This document shows positions 42,960 to 55,520 of a stretch of 64,000 nt of DNA, one piece after another. The notes below the pieces were generated by a model. That model worked only from the letters and a program-made list of their open reading frames with translations, was not told where the DNA came from and did not search any database. The position numbers and the translations under genes were made by a program. The stretch's first letter is position 1. Every line of letters starts with the position of its first letter. The stretch covers positions 63,798,001 to 63,862,000 of the forward strand of contig NC_043003.1 in the NCBI RefSeq assembly GCF_006345805.1, given 5' to 3'. Source of the stretch: Octopus sinensis (Eukaryota).

Positions 42960-43097
42960 CAGGGACGGAGCCAAGGCGGGGCCTGAGGGACACGTGTCCC
43001 CTTCAAGAAAAGAAGTGTACCCGTCTAAATTCTCTTGGAATTGTATTCCCTTCTGACCTTGTGCTTACTTTTCGAAAAATTCCTGGGACTGCACCTG
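42960..43097. mobile_element. Possible degenerate hAT-type MITE
   Basis: cagggacggagccaagg ... cctgggactgcacctg imperfect TIRs; no TSD seen. Confidence 0.35.
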
Positions 43098-44635
43098 AGC
43101 CAATTCATGGGGTCGATGTAACCGACTTGTTCACTACCTCCATAATTATTGTCTATGAACCCTGCAACAATCCGGCGTCCCGTTCAGTGGGAATGTTGTG
43201 TTTTCAGTCACTTACGCACCACGGAAACAAGGTAACTGACCTGATGAGACCTAGGGTCCAAGAAAAATTTCCACAATGCAACATGCTCCAATACTTACAA
43301 TATCTTCCCCATCTCACATTCTCTGGTCTAAAATTGAAAGAAGACATTGACTGGTGTATCATAGCACTGAAAATGAAAATTATGCCAAAAAAAGAATTGA
43401 ATACTTTTTAATAACAGCTCACAATGGAATCATAAAAAATGTGAAATGACATTGAAGAGAAATTATATTTTAAAAAGTCTAAATTCACTTTTAATAACAT
43501 TTCACTATTGGAAAGAGAAATTATATTAAAAAGTCATTAATATTTATTAACATTTCAATGCTAAAAGTGGAATGATATTAAAGTATATTTATTAGATCAG
43601 ATTTAATGTCCACTAATTGATTTTTTTGGCACAGATTATAAAATATTTTTTATGTCCAAGAGTAAACATTGTGGTTGTGAATGTCTTAGATATCGATGAA
43701 TCGAATCTAGCTTAGTTCAGTGTTCAGTTCTTGTTTATCTCTTGATGTTTAACCTTTGTATTCTGTGGGATTCAGGGGCCCGGGAAGGGGGTGCTTGCAC
43801 CCCTAAAATTTTAGGGGGTGCAAAATCAAAGTTTGCTACCCCTAAAGTTGCTTGAATTTAGGTTCCTGCTCAAAACATGAACAAACGACAAAAGTAAATA
43901 AATAAATAAAAAAACATCCAAAATGTTTACTGGTGAAGCTGGTCAAAAAAGTCCCAAGGGGATTCTCCACAATGAAAATCCCTTACTGTTCAGCTATCCA
44001 CATCTTTCATTTTCTCTGAATACTACAACTGACCCATCGTCATCATCACCATTGCCATAATTTTCTACTGCTACAGCCATAACCAGTACTACTACCACGC
44101 TTTTCTTCCCACCTCTTTCCACTTCAATTTGAATGTATACCTCACAGCTCCGTGATAAATCTACCAACTGTATATAAAGTAAAATCTATAAACGCATGAT
44201 TCTCCAAAATATGCCAGTTTTTCTCAGTACAAGAGACTATGCATACGCAGTGTTGTGCGAGAGTACTACACCCACAGGCAAAAATGGGCTGGACCACTAC
44301 TTATGAATAGTAGCGGTCCGAATAAGAGAACTCAAACTATGACACGCCGCAATCGGATGTCTAGCGATGGTAAGGGGACAAACACAGACACACTAACACA
44401 CTCACATACATACACATATATATATGCCGTATATATATATATATATATATATATGCCGTATATATATATATATATATATATATACCAATTAAGGACTGAA
44501 CACGAAAAGTGGACAGTCAACATGCTAGATATAGACGTCAAATCGCCATTCTCCACAAAAGATTATGTTCTCAAATCAAACTCAACACAAACCCAAGCAA
44601 TAAACAAGTGAAAATATATGAAATACAATACTTAT

Positions 44636-44700
44636 CCATGTACTGATTCAGTTTCGGCTATTATTATCCGTAAGGATACCCGTAGCCTTCGTCAGCATGG
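44636..44700 (-). ncRNA. Hammerhead ribozyme, type I, left arm
   Basis: CCATG-CTGACGA-A-GGCTA...TAGCC-GAAA-CTG aat CAG-TA-CATGG on the minus strand. Confidence 0.85.
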
Positions 44701-44941
44701 CCGATATAAATGCAATTTGCTGAAATTTCTACAATTAATTAATTTTATATAAATAAATATGTTCTCTAACCGATAAATTGACTGGTGCTAATTATTAGCT
44801 GCAGGCTATTTTCTTCGGGTCTCAACGCGCCAAAAGTAAAGGCATTTGAAAGATACATTCGAATGTAATAGGTTGAACTCCACGCACATGATACTCCGGT
44901 ATCGTTTTTGCATCTAGTTCAGCAAATTGCATTTATATCGG

Positions 44942-45006
44942 CCATGCTGACGAAGGCTACAGGTATCCTTACGGATAATAATAGCCGAAACTGAATCAGT
45001 ACATGG
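44942..45006 (+). ncRNA. Hammerhead ribozyme, type I, right arm
   Basis: Stem I CCATG/CATGG, core CTGACGA 44947-53, stem II GGCTA/TAGCC extended by TATCC/GGATA, GAAA 44987-90, stem III ACTG/CAGT, GUA triplet (cleavage predicted after 45001). Confidence 0.85.
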
Positions 45007-45271
45007 ATAAGTATTGTATTTCGTATATTTTCACTTGTTTATTGCTTGGGTTTGTGTTGAGTTTGATTTGAGAACATAATCTTTTGTGGAGAATGGCGAT
45101 TGGACGTCTATATCTAGCATGTTGACTGTCCACTTTTCGTGTTCAGTCCTTAATTGGTATATATAAATATTTAATCTTCGGATTCTTTTTTTTAATATGC
45201 TAGACCACTGGTTTTAATTGATAAATATTGATTTCTACCCTTAATTAATTTATATATATATATATATATAT

Positions 45272-45435
45272 ACGATAGGCTTCTTTCAGTTTCCGTCTAC
45301 CAAATTCACTCACAAAGCTTTGGTCGGCTCGAGGCTATACTAGAAGACACTTGCCCAAGGTGCCACACAGTGGAACTGAACCCAGAACCATGTGACTGGT
45401 AAGCAAACTACTTACCACACAGCCACTCCTGCGCC
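45272..45435 (-). mobile_element. SINE family A 5' half (its distal part lies at about 44340-44440)
   Basis: Ends agccactcctgcgcc; complementary fragment gggacaaacacagacac lies beyond the fold-back. Confidence 0.85.
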
Positions 45436-45625
45436 CGGCGAGCTGGCAGAAACGTTAGCACGCCGGGCGAAATGAGTAGCCGTATTTCATCTGCCTTTCA
45501 TCCTTTCGGGGTCGATAAATTAAGTACCAGTTACGCACTGGGGTCGATGTAATCGACTTAATCCGTTTGTCTGTCCTTGTTTGTCCCTTCTGTGTTTAGC
45601 CCCTTGTGTGGGTAGTAAAGAAATA
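45436..45625 (+). mobile_element. SINE family B, internally deleted, head-to-head with SINE A
   Basis: cggcgagctggcagaaacg begins immediately after gcgcc; B-box segment missing. Confidence 0.9.
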
Positions 45626-45638
45626 TATATATATATAT

Positions 45639-45671
<33 letters not shown>

Positions 45672-45681
45672 TTGTGTGTGT

Positions 45682-45716
<35 letters not shown>

Positions 45717-45753
45717 CATATAATATGTTGTATGTATGTATGTATATATATAC

Positions 45754-45785
<32 letters not shown>

Positions 45786-45808
45786 ATATATATATTATAT
45801 TATATATA

Positions 45809-45873
<65 letters not shown>

Positions 45874-45978
45874 ATCAGGGTTAGAAAAAGATTTAGAAAT
45901 ATTTACTACCAGAAAAAATAGTCAATATATTCATATAAATACACAGTATTTATATGAATTATATATATATATATATGT

Positions 45979-46014
<36 letters not shown>

Positions 46015-46982
46015 GTAATATATGTATATTTATTAACGCACACACTCACACGCACACACATTATTTTTTCCGACTCTAAGCGCTCCAAATTTTTAACAAT
46101 AAAGAAATGAATAGAAGAGTGGATGACTGGGTGAGAGAAGTCGTTGTTTTCAGTTCATCACATGTTTATTGTAAAAAAAGATTATATTTGACAAGACGGT
46201 CCATTGAAGAACAACAGAATTCATCAGAAAGTTCTTTCATGCTGAAATTTGGTTGGAAGAACTGTGTAGATAAGGGAGATGGAGAGATGGCATGAGAGAG
46301 GGTGAGTGGATGAATGGGAATGTCTCCTACCAAAGAGGTCTTTTATTTTTTAAGTCATTAGCTAATTCCATAGTGTTGCAGTCTCTTCATACTAACAAAA
46401 CTAGTTAACAAACGACATCTGATATTGAACATCATCTTACTTAACTCGTAACTATTCTCTGCTCTTCTACCAACATTTTGTTTAGTTCTTATAATGGTAT
46501 TACTTTTTAAGCTCCATAGCAAATCCGATTGGACAGATCTGCGGGGAAGTCACCAGCCGAAGGTCCAGTAATTATTTGTATAGAATTTTCCGGTCGGAAA
46601 AAAATTACTGTATTGAATACTAAGTGTAGCCCAGATTGACTGCTGTCAAAGTCAACTTGCCTTAAAATCCTTTCAGGACCGATAAATAAAATACAATTTT
46701 AAGTGCGGTGGCTTGGTGGAATTTGCTTGAGTATTGGACCGGATGTCTTGCGTGATGCTCTGTTTCGAATCCATGCATTCTTAATTCAAAACCCACCTCT
46801 TACCACTAATCTCAGGAGTTAGGACTAACAAAAAGTATCAGTAACAGATTAACTAATGGAAACAGTTTTTTTCGACAAGATAGACAATACATATTGGAAT
46901 AGATTCAGCCATTGTCGATAACTGGTGAAATTACGGCCTTGTTAGACTTCTTTAGCAAAGCATACTCTTGGCAGTTTGCAAG

Positions 46983-47023
<41 letters not shown>

Positions 47024-47033
47024 GATATATATA

Positions 47034-47070
<37 letters not shown>

Positions 47071-47533
47071 ATATATGTAAACAGTAAAAAATAAATACAG
47101 ACAAGGACAAGAACATGAAACACCACAGAGACGACACAAGAACCACAGGACGGGACATTCGAAGCCCTCAGTCATCAGTCAAGAACCAGATCATCTTCGC
47201 AATTTCGGCTGATTAATCTTGAGATTGCTCCGATCTGGGCAGCCCCCCAAAGGAAAATCTAAGCCAAGCGCATTAGATCCCTTGGAAGAAAGCTTCGAAT
47301 GTATACAACACGAGGACGGAAAACGAACGGAGTACACGAACAAAAATACAGAATACGTGACACCAATAAGAATACAAAAACGTAAAAACAATAACGGTAA
47401 AGATAAAAAACAAAACAAAACCAGGACGTACGACAAGGGTCTTTCGACAGGACGAGTTGAGTTGGGGCTGGCTTATGAAGTAGTGCCTAATGGCCGCAGG
47501 GAGACGAACAAATACGTGTTGCTTCGACGACTG

Positions 47534-47590
47534 CTGGAACGAAAAGGGCGCTCTGGAACGAAAAGGGCGCTCTGGAACGAAAAGGGCGCT
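47534..47590 (+). repeat. 19-bp tandem repeat x3
   Basis: ctggaacgaaaagggcgct three times. Confidence 0.95.
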
Positions 47591-47682
47591 AAGCAGTGGC
47601 TAGCGGTCACGTGAGAACAAAAGACAGGAGAAAGGGACAGATGAAGAGAGAGAGAAGTTGGACGAGGGAGGAGAAGAAAGAG

Positions 47683-47751
<69 letters not shown>

Positions 47752-47756
47752 TATAT

Positions 47757-48195
47757 GCGCAGGAGTGGCTATAGGCGCAGGAGTGGCTATAGGCGCAGGA
47801 GTGGCTGGCTGTGGTAAGTAGCTGCTTGCTAACCAACCACATGGTTCCGGGTTCAGTCCCACTGGTGGCATCTTGGGCAAGTGTCTTCTCCTATCCCCGG
47901 GCCGACTAATGCCTTGTGAGTGGATTGGTAGACGGAAACTGAAAGAAGCCTGTCGTATATATGTTATATATATATATGTATGTGTGTGTGTTTCTGTGTC
48001 TGTGTTTGTCCCCCTAGCATTGCTTGACAACCGATGCCGGTGTGTTTACGTCCCCGTCACATAGCGGTTCGGCAAAAGAGACCGATAGAATAAGTACTGG
48101 GCTTACAAAGAATAAGTCCCGGGGTCGATTTGCTCGACTAAAGGCGGTGCTCCAGCATGGCCGCAGTCAATTGACTGATACAAGTAAAAGAAAAA
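47757..48195 (+). mobile_element. SINE family A with triplicated 5' 18 nt
   Basis: gcgcaggagtggctatag twice plus a third partial unit before the normal head. Confidence 0.93.
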
Positions 48196-48447
48196 AAGAA
48201 AGAAATATAGTTAATCCAAACAAGAAAACACAGAAAAAAAAACAAAAAATACAGCAACGCGAGGACGTGGAACAATTAAAGTATTATTTGACGCTCAGGA
48301 AAGAAGGAAGGATATATATATATATATTATTATATTAATATATATATATATATATATATATATAATAAATATTAGGGAATAAATCCAAATTTACAGGGAA
48401 AAATCAGATTTAGGATTAAATCGATTTTATAGTAAAATATTATAAAG

Positions 48448-48712
<265 letters not shown>

Positions 48713-48714
48713 TA

Positions 48715-49192
48715 GCGCAGGGAGTGGCTCTAGGTGCAGGAGTGGCTGTGTGGTATATAGCTTGCTTATTAGCCACATGGTCCCGGGTTCAGTCTGCGTG
48801 GCACAATAGGCAAGTTTCTTCTACTATAGCCTCGGGCCGACTAAAGCCTTGTGAGTAGACTTGGTAGACGGAAACTGAAAGAAGCCCGTCGTATATATAT
48901 ATGTGTGTGTTTGTGTGTGTGTGTGTGTGTGCGTGTGTGTTTGTGTGCGTATGTATAAGTTTGTGTGTGTACGTATATGTTTGTGTGTCTGTGTTTGTCC
49001 ACCCCAACATCGTCTGACAAGCGATGCTAGTGTGTTTACGTCCCCGTAACTTAGCGGTTCGGCAAAAGAGACCGATAGAATAAGTACTAGGCTTACAAAG
49101 AATAAGTCCCTCATGGGGTCGGTTTGCTCGACTAAAGGTGGTGCTCCAGCATGGCTGCATTCAAATGACTGAAACAAGTAAAAGAATAAAAG
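48715..49192 (+). mobile_element. SINE family A with duplicated 5' end
   Basis: gcgcagggagtggctctag-gtgcaggagtggctgtgtgg. Confidence 0.92.
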
Positions 49193-49560
49193 ACTGTGTG
49201 TGTGTGTCGGTGTGTGTGCTTGTATTTATGCATAATTCGTTTTTCGGAACGTCGTTTCTCGAAGCCCAGCACATAGATAATAGCAAATAAATATTGGATA
49301 GAAAAAGTAGAAGACTACCCGGGGACTCGAACGCACTTCTGTACTCATGACAGTTGTTCTACCATTAGACCAAAACAAACCTTCAAATTTATTTTGGATA
49401 TCTTATTTTTACCAGCGAGAATTGTGTGTTGTTGACGTCATAAGAATTTTATAAATTTCTTACGACGTCAACAATACACACACCATGCACACTCACATAC
49501 ACATATGCATACATAGAAACACACACACACACACAACACACACACACACACACACACACA

Positions 49561-51179
49561 TACTTGTGTATGGTGTGTTGTGAATTTATGGAAAGACATC
49601 CCATAAAATTCAACAATTTTGATAAAAATGGAGAAGAGATGTTAAAATATATGAGAGAATTTTAATTCATGCAGGCGATCGTTTCGTACAGCAGCGATAT
49701 AAAAATCATGCAAAATCATGGTTGAATAGAATTAATTAAATTAGAATAAATTAAATTGATTATGAATCACTGTACTCTTCAGTGCAAGAAGTATGAACAA
49801 AATTTTTACAAGCGACTTGAGAAAGGAAAAAGCAGAATAGGATCTAGGAGATTCATATTTATCCTTATGAGAAAGAAAGATATGTGTGGCTCTAGTTAGG
49901 TGTTAATTAAAACTAAAGGCTATAACGGTTATTTGAAAATATAAGTGGTAGAGGTTTTAGAGACGGCCCCTCTGTAGATGAGTAAGGAGAGTAGAAATTC
50001 TAATTCCAAATAAGTCGTGTAGGGAAAAGATTGTATAGAAATATCCAATGGAAAGGCATGGTTATATTTGAATTAAGATATGAGCTGACAGTTAGAAACA
50101 ATATTTAGTGTGGTGTATTTTTGAAAAATTTTAATACATGAGAATGAAGTTAAACTAGAGGAGATAGTGTATAAAGAGCTATTGGATTGTTAACATAAAC
50201 AATGTTATAGAAGTGAAAATGGATTAAAGAGAGAATAAGATTCGTAAAATGGACAAGTGTTTGCATAACAACTAATATTCGTTTGCATGTATTAAATATA
50301 AGGTAGAAAAATAAGTAAATACAGAGAAATAGTTGTTAATATTACAATTAGATAGTAAATACTTGCTGTGGCTATAAAGATGAAAAAAGAGCGCTCAGGG
50401 ATGTATTATTGGATGTAGAGATACGGATAAATAACAATGTAGCGGAGATAAATGGGCTGGGAATATAAAATAGAGAAAAGAGGGTTTAATTTATATGTAT
50501 TTATATGTAACTATGTTTAAGTATAAATAAAAATATGAGGTAAGGGACTAGCTTAGCATAATGCGAGAGGAATATATAGTGGTATTAGGTTTATATTAAT
50601 ATTCAAGTCATAGAAGAGTATTGTGCATTATGAATATAAGAGAATTAACGAGTTTAGGGCTGCACATAAGTATACAAAAAAATTTATACACAATGTCCTA
50701 TAAAAACATATAAGGAAAAAATTGTTGCTATATTTACTTATACGTGAGTAGAGGAATACTAGCGCATTAGCATCCATAGATATAGGAATTCCAGTTGCTT
50801 TTTTATTAGGGAATACATAAATGAAGGAACACCGTATACACGTATATATACTCATACCGGTGCAAAGAGAGAAAAAAGGCCCACGCATATAGATATAAGT
50901 ACAGACACATATAAAAAAAATAGTATATATATATATAAATGAAGGAGTGAATGAAAATGTCCAATACGTATATAATGTACGCGCACATGTTCATATTAAA
51001 AACTACCCGAATTGGAAGGTGGTCTTTACGGGGACGACGCTCTATTCTTAGAAACGATCATCTGCATGAATTAAAATTCTCTCATATATTTTAACATCTT
51101 CTCTTCTCCATTTTAATCAAAATTGTTTTGTTTTATGAGATTTTTTTCCCATAAATTCACAACACATCATATACAAGTA
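49561..51179 (-). mobile_element. Probable decayed Penelope-like element between ~125-bp inverted repeats
   Basis: 49561-49685 and 51051-51179 are reverse complements; the minus-strand interior gives KKATGIPISMDANALVFLY, weakly like the PLE RT GIPMG region. Confidence 0.5.
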
Positions 51180-51299
51180 TTATTTTCATATCCGCAATTT
51201 TACGCCAGTAAGCTACCAGCAAAATATGAAGAATCTATATTAGAAAACTTCTTTTTTTTTTGGGAAACCCCCAAATTAAAGGACGAATCTAATTCAACC

Positions 51300-51351
<52 letters not shown>

Positions 51352-51357
51352 ACATAT

Positions 51358-51390
<33 letters not shown>

Positions 51391-51548
51391 ACATATATAT
51401 ATTATTATATATATATATATATATTCTTTGCTTTTATGCAAAGCTATATATATTAGATATATATTGGAATTTTGTTTCATTAGCAGTCTGGCTTTGCTCC
51501 ACAGTTTTGCGGTGTATAAGACACGCCCATCTTCTCAGGTACAAAGAA

Positions 51549-51615
51549 CATCTGATGAGGTAGACGTGTCCTACGTGCCCACGAAACTTTAAATCATGTG
51601 GAGCTCAGTCAAACT
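51549..51615 (+). ncRNA. Degenerate hammerhead motif
   Basis: ACAT-CTGATGA-G...ACGT gtcct ACGT...C-GAAACTTTAAA-TC-ATGT; stem I intact, stems II and III damaged. Confidence 0.45.
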
Positions 51616-51719
51616 TGATGAAGGGACACCATATACACATATATCTACTCATACCGGTGCAAAGAGAGAAAAAAGGCACACGCATATAGATATAAGTACA
51701 GACACATAAAAACATAGTA

Positions 51720-51776
<57 letters not shown>

Positions 51777-52054
51777 GAAATGAGGTACTCAGAAGATCGG
51801 ATGGTTTATATTTACAGATATTTATTTATATATTACATTTTATATATATCTATCTATCATATCACTTAGATCATTAGCGCTTTCTCCCATTCTAGTGGGG
51901 TTTTCAAATCAGATATATATATATCTGTGTGCGTATGCAAAACATACGTATATGCGCACATTGTTTTTATCTCAATTTCTCCTACATGTGCTCTGTGTAT
52001 CATAACTACTAATGCTGCTACTAAGTACCTCCCTTCCTTGCACCCTTTTAAAGC

Positions 52055-52290
52055 CTAGCCAGGCTCATGGGCTCGGTTTCCCGGTTTCTATGACATATGT
52101 GTGCCCCACCTAGACGGGACGCCAGTCCATCGCAGCGTTACTCATTTTTGCCAGCTGAGTAGACTGGAGCAACGTGAAATGAAGTGTTTTACTCAAGAAC
52201 ACAACGCGTCGCCCGATCCAGGAATCGAAACCACAATCTTACGTTCATGATGCTGGCACCCTAACCACTAAGCCACGAGCCTCCACGCTA
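52055..52290 (-). mobile_element. tRNA-derived SINE, family E (second copy 58780-59015)
   Basis: Minus strand ggaggctcgtggcttagtggttagg...ggtttcgattcc head, CORE-like segment, gatggactggcgtcccgtc segment. Confidence 0.85.
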
Positions 52291-53396
52291 CCAAGCACAG
52301 TAGTTACTTAACCACTATACTGAGACCAAACTGGATGATGATAACCTATGTGGAGATCTAAACTGAACAATGAGAATCCTACATCTATTTGTACACTCTG
52401 TGTGTGTGTGTGTGTATGTGTGCACGCACACACACACACACACACATTTCTCGCCTTTATATTGCAAATATCGACAATAGTATACATGTTACCAAGTGTC
52501 TGTTCGCACATATTATGCTGACTTAACATTAATATACGTATTGGACATTTTCATTCACTCCTTCATTTATTCATAAATGTGAAGAACATTCCAGTATTTT
52601 CTAGGAAACTATATATATATATATACATACATACATACATACATATATAAATATAAATATATATTATATATATTTATATATATATAGTGTTACTGAATAA
52701 CAAATAGGGAATGCAAAGTGTGGCAAACACAAAGCTGAATCGATTTTTGTACGACTGAGCTAGTACTTTCTGAAATGTTTTATTTGGGCCATTTAATACG
52801 AAGTAAAGACAGTAAGTACCATTGTTTTCACAACTTTTGAGGTAACGTGTTTATGTATGCTGCAAAACGGAAATAAATAATCAAGGAAAACACTTCAAAG
52901 GCATTTTAATAATTTATTATGCTTATACATGAAAGAAATCAATAAAACGTAAGAAATCAATAATTTATTATGCTTATACTTTTTCAGAACGATTTGCTAA
53001 GTTTCAACCCATCTAGCTGCGGAAATAAAGGTATCCATACTTAAATGATAAAAATTATATGTAACTAATGTGTAAGTTGTTTCGTCAGCAATATTCGTCA
53101 AAGTCAGCACTAAGTTGAAGGTCATAAAAACCATTAATCTCTGTTCTTATATCGACTTTTTTTTGCTTTTCAAGTGCTACCAATAGTTCAATGGGCAACA
53201 CCTTATCCTTTTAGAATTTAGTTTGACATTTTTATAACCGCTTCTTTACACATAACACATTCTAGATTACATCTATAAAACAATGTACTTCTAATGCAGC
53301 ACCTCTCGATCATTTTTACCTATGGACCCTCTTTGGTTCATATTTTATCCAGATGGTGTCTCAAAATCATTCGATGTTTTAAAAAATTATATCATA

Positions 53397-53707
53397 GGCG
53401 CAGGACTGGCTGTGTGGTAAGTAGCTTGCTTACTAACCACATGGTTCCGGGTTCAGTCCCACTGCGTGGCACTTTGGGCAAGTGTCTTCTATTATAGTCT
53501 CGGGCCGACCAAAGCCTTGTGAGTGGATTTGGTAGACGGAAACTGAAAGAAGCTCGTCGGATATATGTATATACATGTATGTGTGTGTGTGTGTCTGTGT
53601 TTGTCCGCCCAACATCGTTTGACAACCGATGCTGGTGTGTTTACGTCCCCGTAACTTAGCGGTTCGACAAAAGAGACCGATAGAATAAGTACTAGGCTTA
53701 CAAGAAT
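53397..53707 (+). mobile_element. SINE family A, 3'-truncated
   Basis: Matches family A up to ggcttacaagaat. Confidence 0.9.
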
Positions 53708-54257
53708 GAGTTTCCACGTGGGGCTGGCATATGAGATTTTCCGATCTTCTGCCATACTTAATGGAATTAGAGTGAAACGGAGTACTGTACGGATTCCTTA
53801 CAGAGTATACCTGCTGAGTATACCTGCAAGTAGAAGTATCCTCTGTAGAATATCTTCACTTTATTATTTTACCTTTTACCTTTTATTTGGATGAGTATTG
53901 GACTGCAGCCAAGCTGGGACACCACCTTAAAGGGTTTCAACCGAACAGAACGATTTCCGTGCTGTTGTTTTATTAATGTCTAATTCTATTAGTGTCTTTT
54001 AGCAACGAAAACAAATCATCCTCGGTTGTCAAGTACTTGGAAAATGAATAGAAACACTTGCACACGCGCGCGCGCAAACAAACAAAGCGGTTTTCTTTTG
54101 ATTTCCGTCTTCCAAATCCATCCATTCAGAAGGCTTTGGTAGGCCTGGGGTTATAGTAGAAGACACTTGCTCAAGGTGACACGCTGTGAGGCTAGACTGA
54201 ACCCGAACCTGGGGAGCATTCGTGCCTGAATCATTTGTTCTTTAAAACAGAAATATA

Positions 54258-54656
54258 AAGGCGGTGAGCTGGCAGAATCGTTAGCAGCCCGGGCGAAATG
54301 CTCAGCAGTATTTCGTCTACTGTTACGTTCTGAGTTCAAATTCCACCGAGGTCGACTTTGCCTTTCATCTCTTCGGGGTCGATAAATTAAGTACCAGTTA
54401 CGCACTGGAGTCGATGTAATCCTTTAGTCTGTACTTGTTTGTCCCCTCTGTGTGTAGCCCCTTGTGGGTAGTAAAGAAATAGGTATTTCGTCTGCTGTTA
54501 CGTTCTGATTTCAAATTCCACCGAAGTCGACTTTGCCTTTCATCTCCTCGGGGTCGATAAATTAAGTACCAGTTACGCACTGGTGTCTAATTAATCCCTT
54601 TGTCTGTCCTTGTTTGTCCCTTCTATGTTTAGCCCCTTGTGGTCAATGAAGAAATA
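54258..54656 (+). mobile_element. SINE family B dimer
   Basis: Junction at 54481; 9-bp TSD agaaatata. Confidence 0.92.
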
Positions 54657-55053
54657 AGAAATATATTATGGTAGATACTGGAAAGATTGAAAAGGGGCAT
54701 TCTGTAAATTTGTGCGTGAAAAGCGACAAAAGGTCATAATCTGGAGAAGGCAAGATCACAACCTCTAAATGGGACAAATGACGAAAAGCAACAAGTCGTA
54801 TTAATAAAAGCACTCATGAGTCAAACTCATGTCACAACAAACAACCCCTAGACTTCAAGGAAATATTTCGAATGTATGAAAAGTAGAGACGCTTGCTGTT
54901 AATGACTGTATCATCTAAAATGAATATAGAGCGATTGTGAAATGAAGCATCTGAAATTATGAGAGCTTTGGGTATTTGTGTACATTTATGATAATATTCC
55001 TGTACTTCTAATTGAGATGGCGTGTCATGGATTTGTAGCTAGATTCACAGTTT

Positions 55054-55470
55054 AAGGCGGCGAGCTGGCAGAAGCGTTAGCACACCGGGCGAAATGCTTA
55101 GCGGTGTTTCGTCTGCCGTTACGTTCTGAATTCAAATTCCGCTGAGGTCGACTTTGCCTATCATCCTTTCGGGGTCGATTAAATAAGTACCAGTTACACA
55201 CTAGGGTCGATATAATCGACTTAATCCGTTTGTCTGTCCTTGTTTGTCCTCTCTGTGTTTAGCCCCTTGTGGGTAGTAAAGAAATACGTATTTTGTCTGC
55301 CGTTACGTCCTGAGTTCAAATTCTGTCGAGGTCGACTTTGCTTTTCATCCTTTCGGGGTTTATAAATTAAGTACCCGTTACGCACTGGGGTCCTTGTAAT
55401 CGACTTAATCCGTTTGTCTGGCCTTGTTTGTTCCCTCTATGTTTAGCCCCTTGTGGGCAATAAAGAAATA
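55054..55470 (+). mobile_element. SINE family B dimer
   Basis: Junction near 55286; perfect 13-bp TSD agattcacagttt (55041-53, 55471-83). Confidence 0.95.
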
Positions 55471-55520
55471 AGATTCACAGTTTGTTCCAGGTAGCTGGTG
55501 TGGAAGTTAAGAAAGACTAC

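Larger units (their letters stand above)
44479..45163. mobile_element. Fold-back element: 246-bp inverted arms (44479-44724, 44918-45163), 193-bp spacer, probably PLE-derived
   Basis: Arms are reverse complements with only 3 mismatches found by eye; each carries a hammerhead. Confidence 0.9.

Noticed and set aside
42950-43411. 153-aa ORF as a gene
   Set aside because: No recognisable domain; it crosses a probable MITE and a SINE-like fragment
46500-46620. Possible Tc1/mariner SPDLNP-like remnant on the minus strand
   Set aside because: Requires frameshifts, and no paired TIRs were found
47150-47190. Minus-strand CTGATGA...GAAT motif (similar at 37570-37600)
   Set aside because: Lacks GAAA/A15.1 and consistent stems
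52988-53030. 43-nt micro-exon (tttttcag ... aag/gtatcc)
   Set aside because: Weak donor, no recognisable peptide, no partner exons
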